From: a virus
Taxonomy: Duplodnaviria > Caudoviricetes
DNA: 64,000 nucleotides
IMG/VR virus record: IMGVR_UViG_2645728093_000001
Location: 1-64,000 of that record
Strand: one strand, 5' to 3'
Shown: piece by piece, positions 63,605-64,000 of the stretch
Layout: every line of letters begins with the position of its first letter
Position numbering within the stretch: the stretch's first letter is position 1
Made by a program: the position numbers and the translations under genes
Notes under the pieces: model-generated
Databases searched by the model: none
What the model saw: only the letters and a program-made list of their open reading frames with translations
Told to the model about the DNA's origin: nothing

Positions 63605-64000
63605 TGCCTGGCGTCGCTCTCTCATCGCTGAGGGTTACCTCTGATTTTGACGCCACGGCTTACACCCGTGGCGCTCAACAGAAGGTCGACGCCGACGCTC
63701 GCATGATCGCCAGCGACAAGGCGCTCAATGCGGCACTGGCGCAGTCCGACGCCGCGCTGGCGAAGATCCCCGGCGGCATGGCGTCGGTCAGCAAGTCGCT
63801 GCTCGATGGCTACGGAGCCGGCCAGCAGTTCGAGGCCTTGATCCGCCGCATCAACAACGCGGCCGATCGCGGTATGGGGCTGGACCGGGTCAACCTGCTT
63901 CTGGATGCGGCCTACCGGAAGTTTGGGCTGACGGCGGATGCGGCAAATCTCGCCGCAACCGGCTACGTCTCGATCACGGCCGCGGTGAAGGAACTCAACG
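63604..64000 (+). CDS. Tape measure protein, N-terminus (runs off the window)
   Basis: MPGVALSSLRVTSDFDATAYTRGA..., Ala-rich; follows the chaperones. Confidence 0.75.
   Translation, partial: MPGVALSSLRVTSDFDATAYTRGAQQKVDADARMIASDKALNAALAQSDAALAKIPGGMASVSKSLLDGYGAGQQFEALIRRINNAADRGMGLDRVNLLLDAAYRKFGLTADAANLAATGYVSITAAVKELN

Overview
The window is the interior of a GC-rich, lambdoid-organised temperate siphophage or prophage of an alphaproteobacterium (host group inferred from the GcrA homologue, the dnaN sequence and the tRNA-fMet type). No integrase, lysis genes or att ends are visible. From left to right: (1) a leftward early operon (about 0-16.7 kb) with a HerA-like ATPase cut off by a probable IS end, an ExoX-like nuclease, a Dam-type MTase, a TrpF-like/radical SAM pair, a DnaA-C domain protein, recombination genes and an initiator tRNA followed by a structured non-coding block; (2) an immunity region with two triple-operator arrays (consensus TCGCTAC-N5-GTAGCGA), where an iteron-bearing replication initiator unusually sits between OL and cI; (3) a rightward operon with cro, GcrA, MT-A70, a RuvC-like nuclease, dnaN, a C5-MTase, primase, DnaB and HNH genes; (4) an 11-kb opposite-strand island (33.8-44.8 kb) inserted between the packaging HNH and the probable cos site; (5) head and tail genes with two capsid paralogues, a tandem-SGNH esterase and a -1 frameshifted tail chaperone. 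The island is the main novelty candidate. It holds about 25 mostly small unknown genes plus an ArdC-N-like protein and a DUF3560-MTase, is bracketed by two Aca-like HTH genes, and is punctuated by two repeat families: 11 covarying hairpins lying 18-22 nt before start codons, and 9 co-oriented pairs of a ~21-bp repeat mostly abutting stop codons. It looks like a first-injected, coordinately regulated anti-defence 'leading region' cassette array. All family assignments come from motif recognition by eye, not from database searches.
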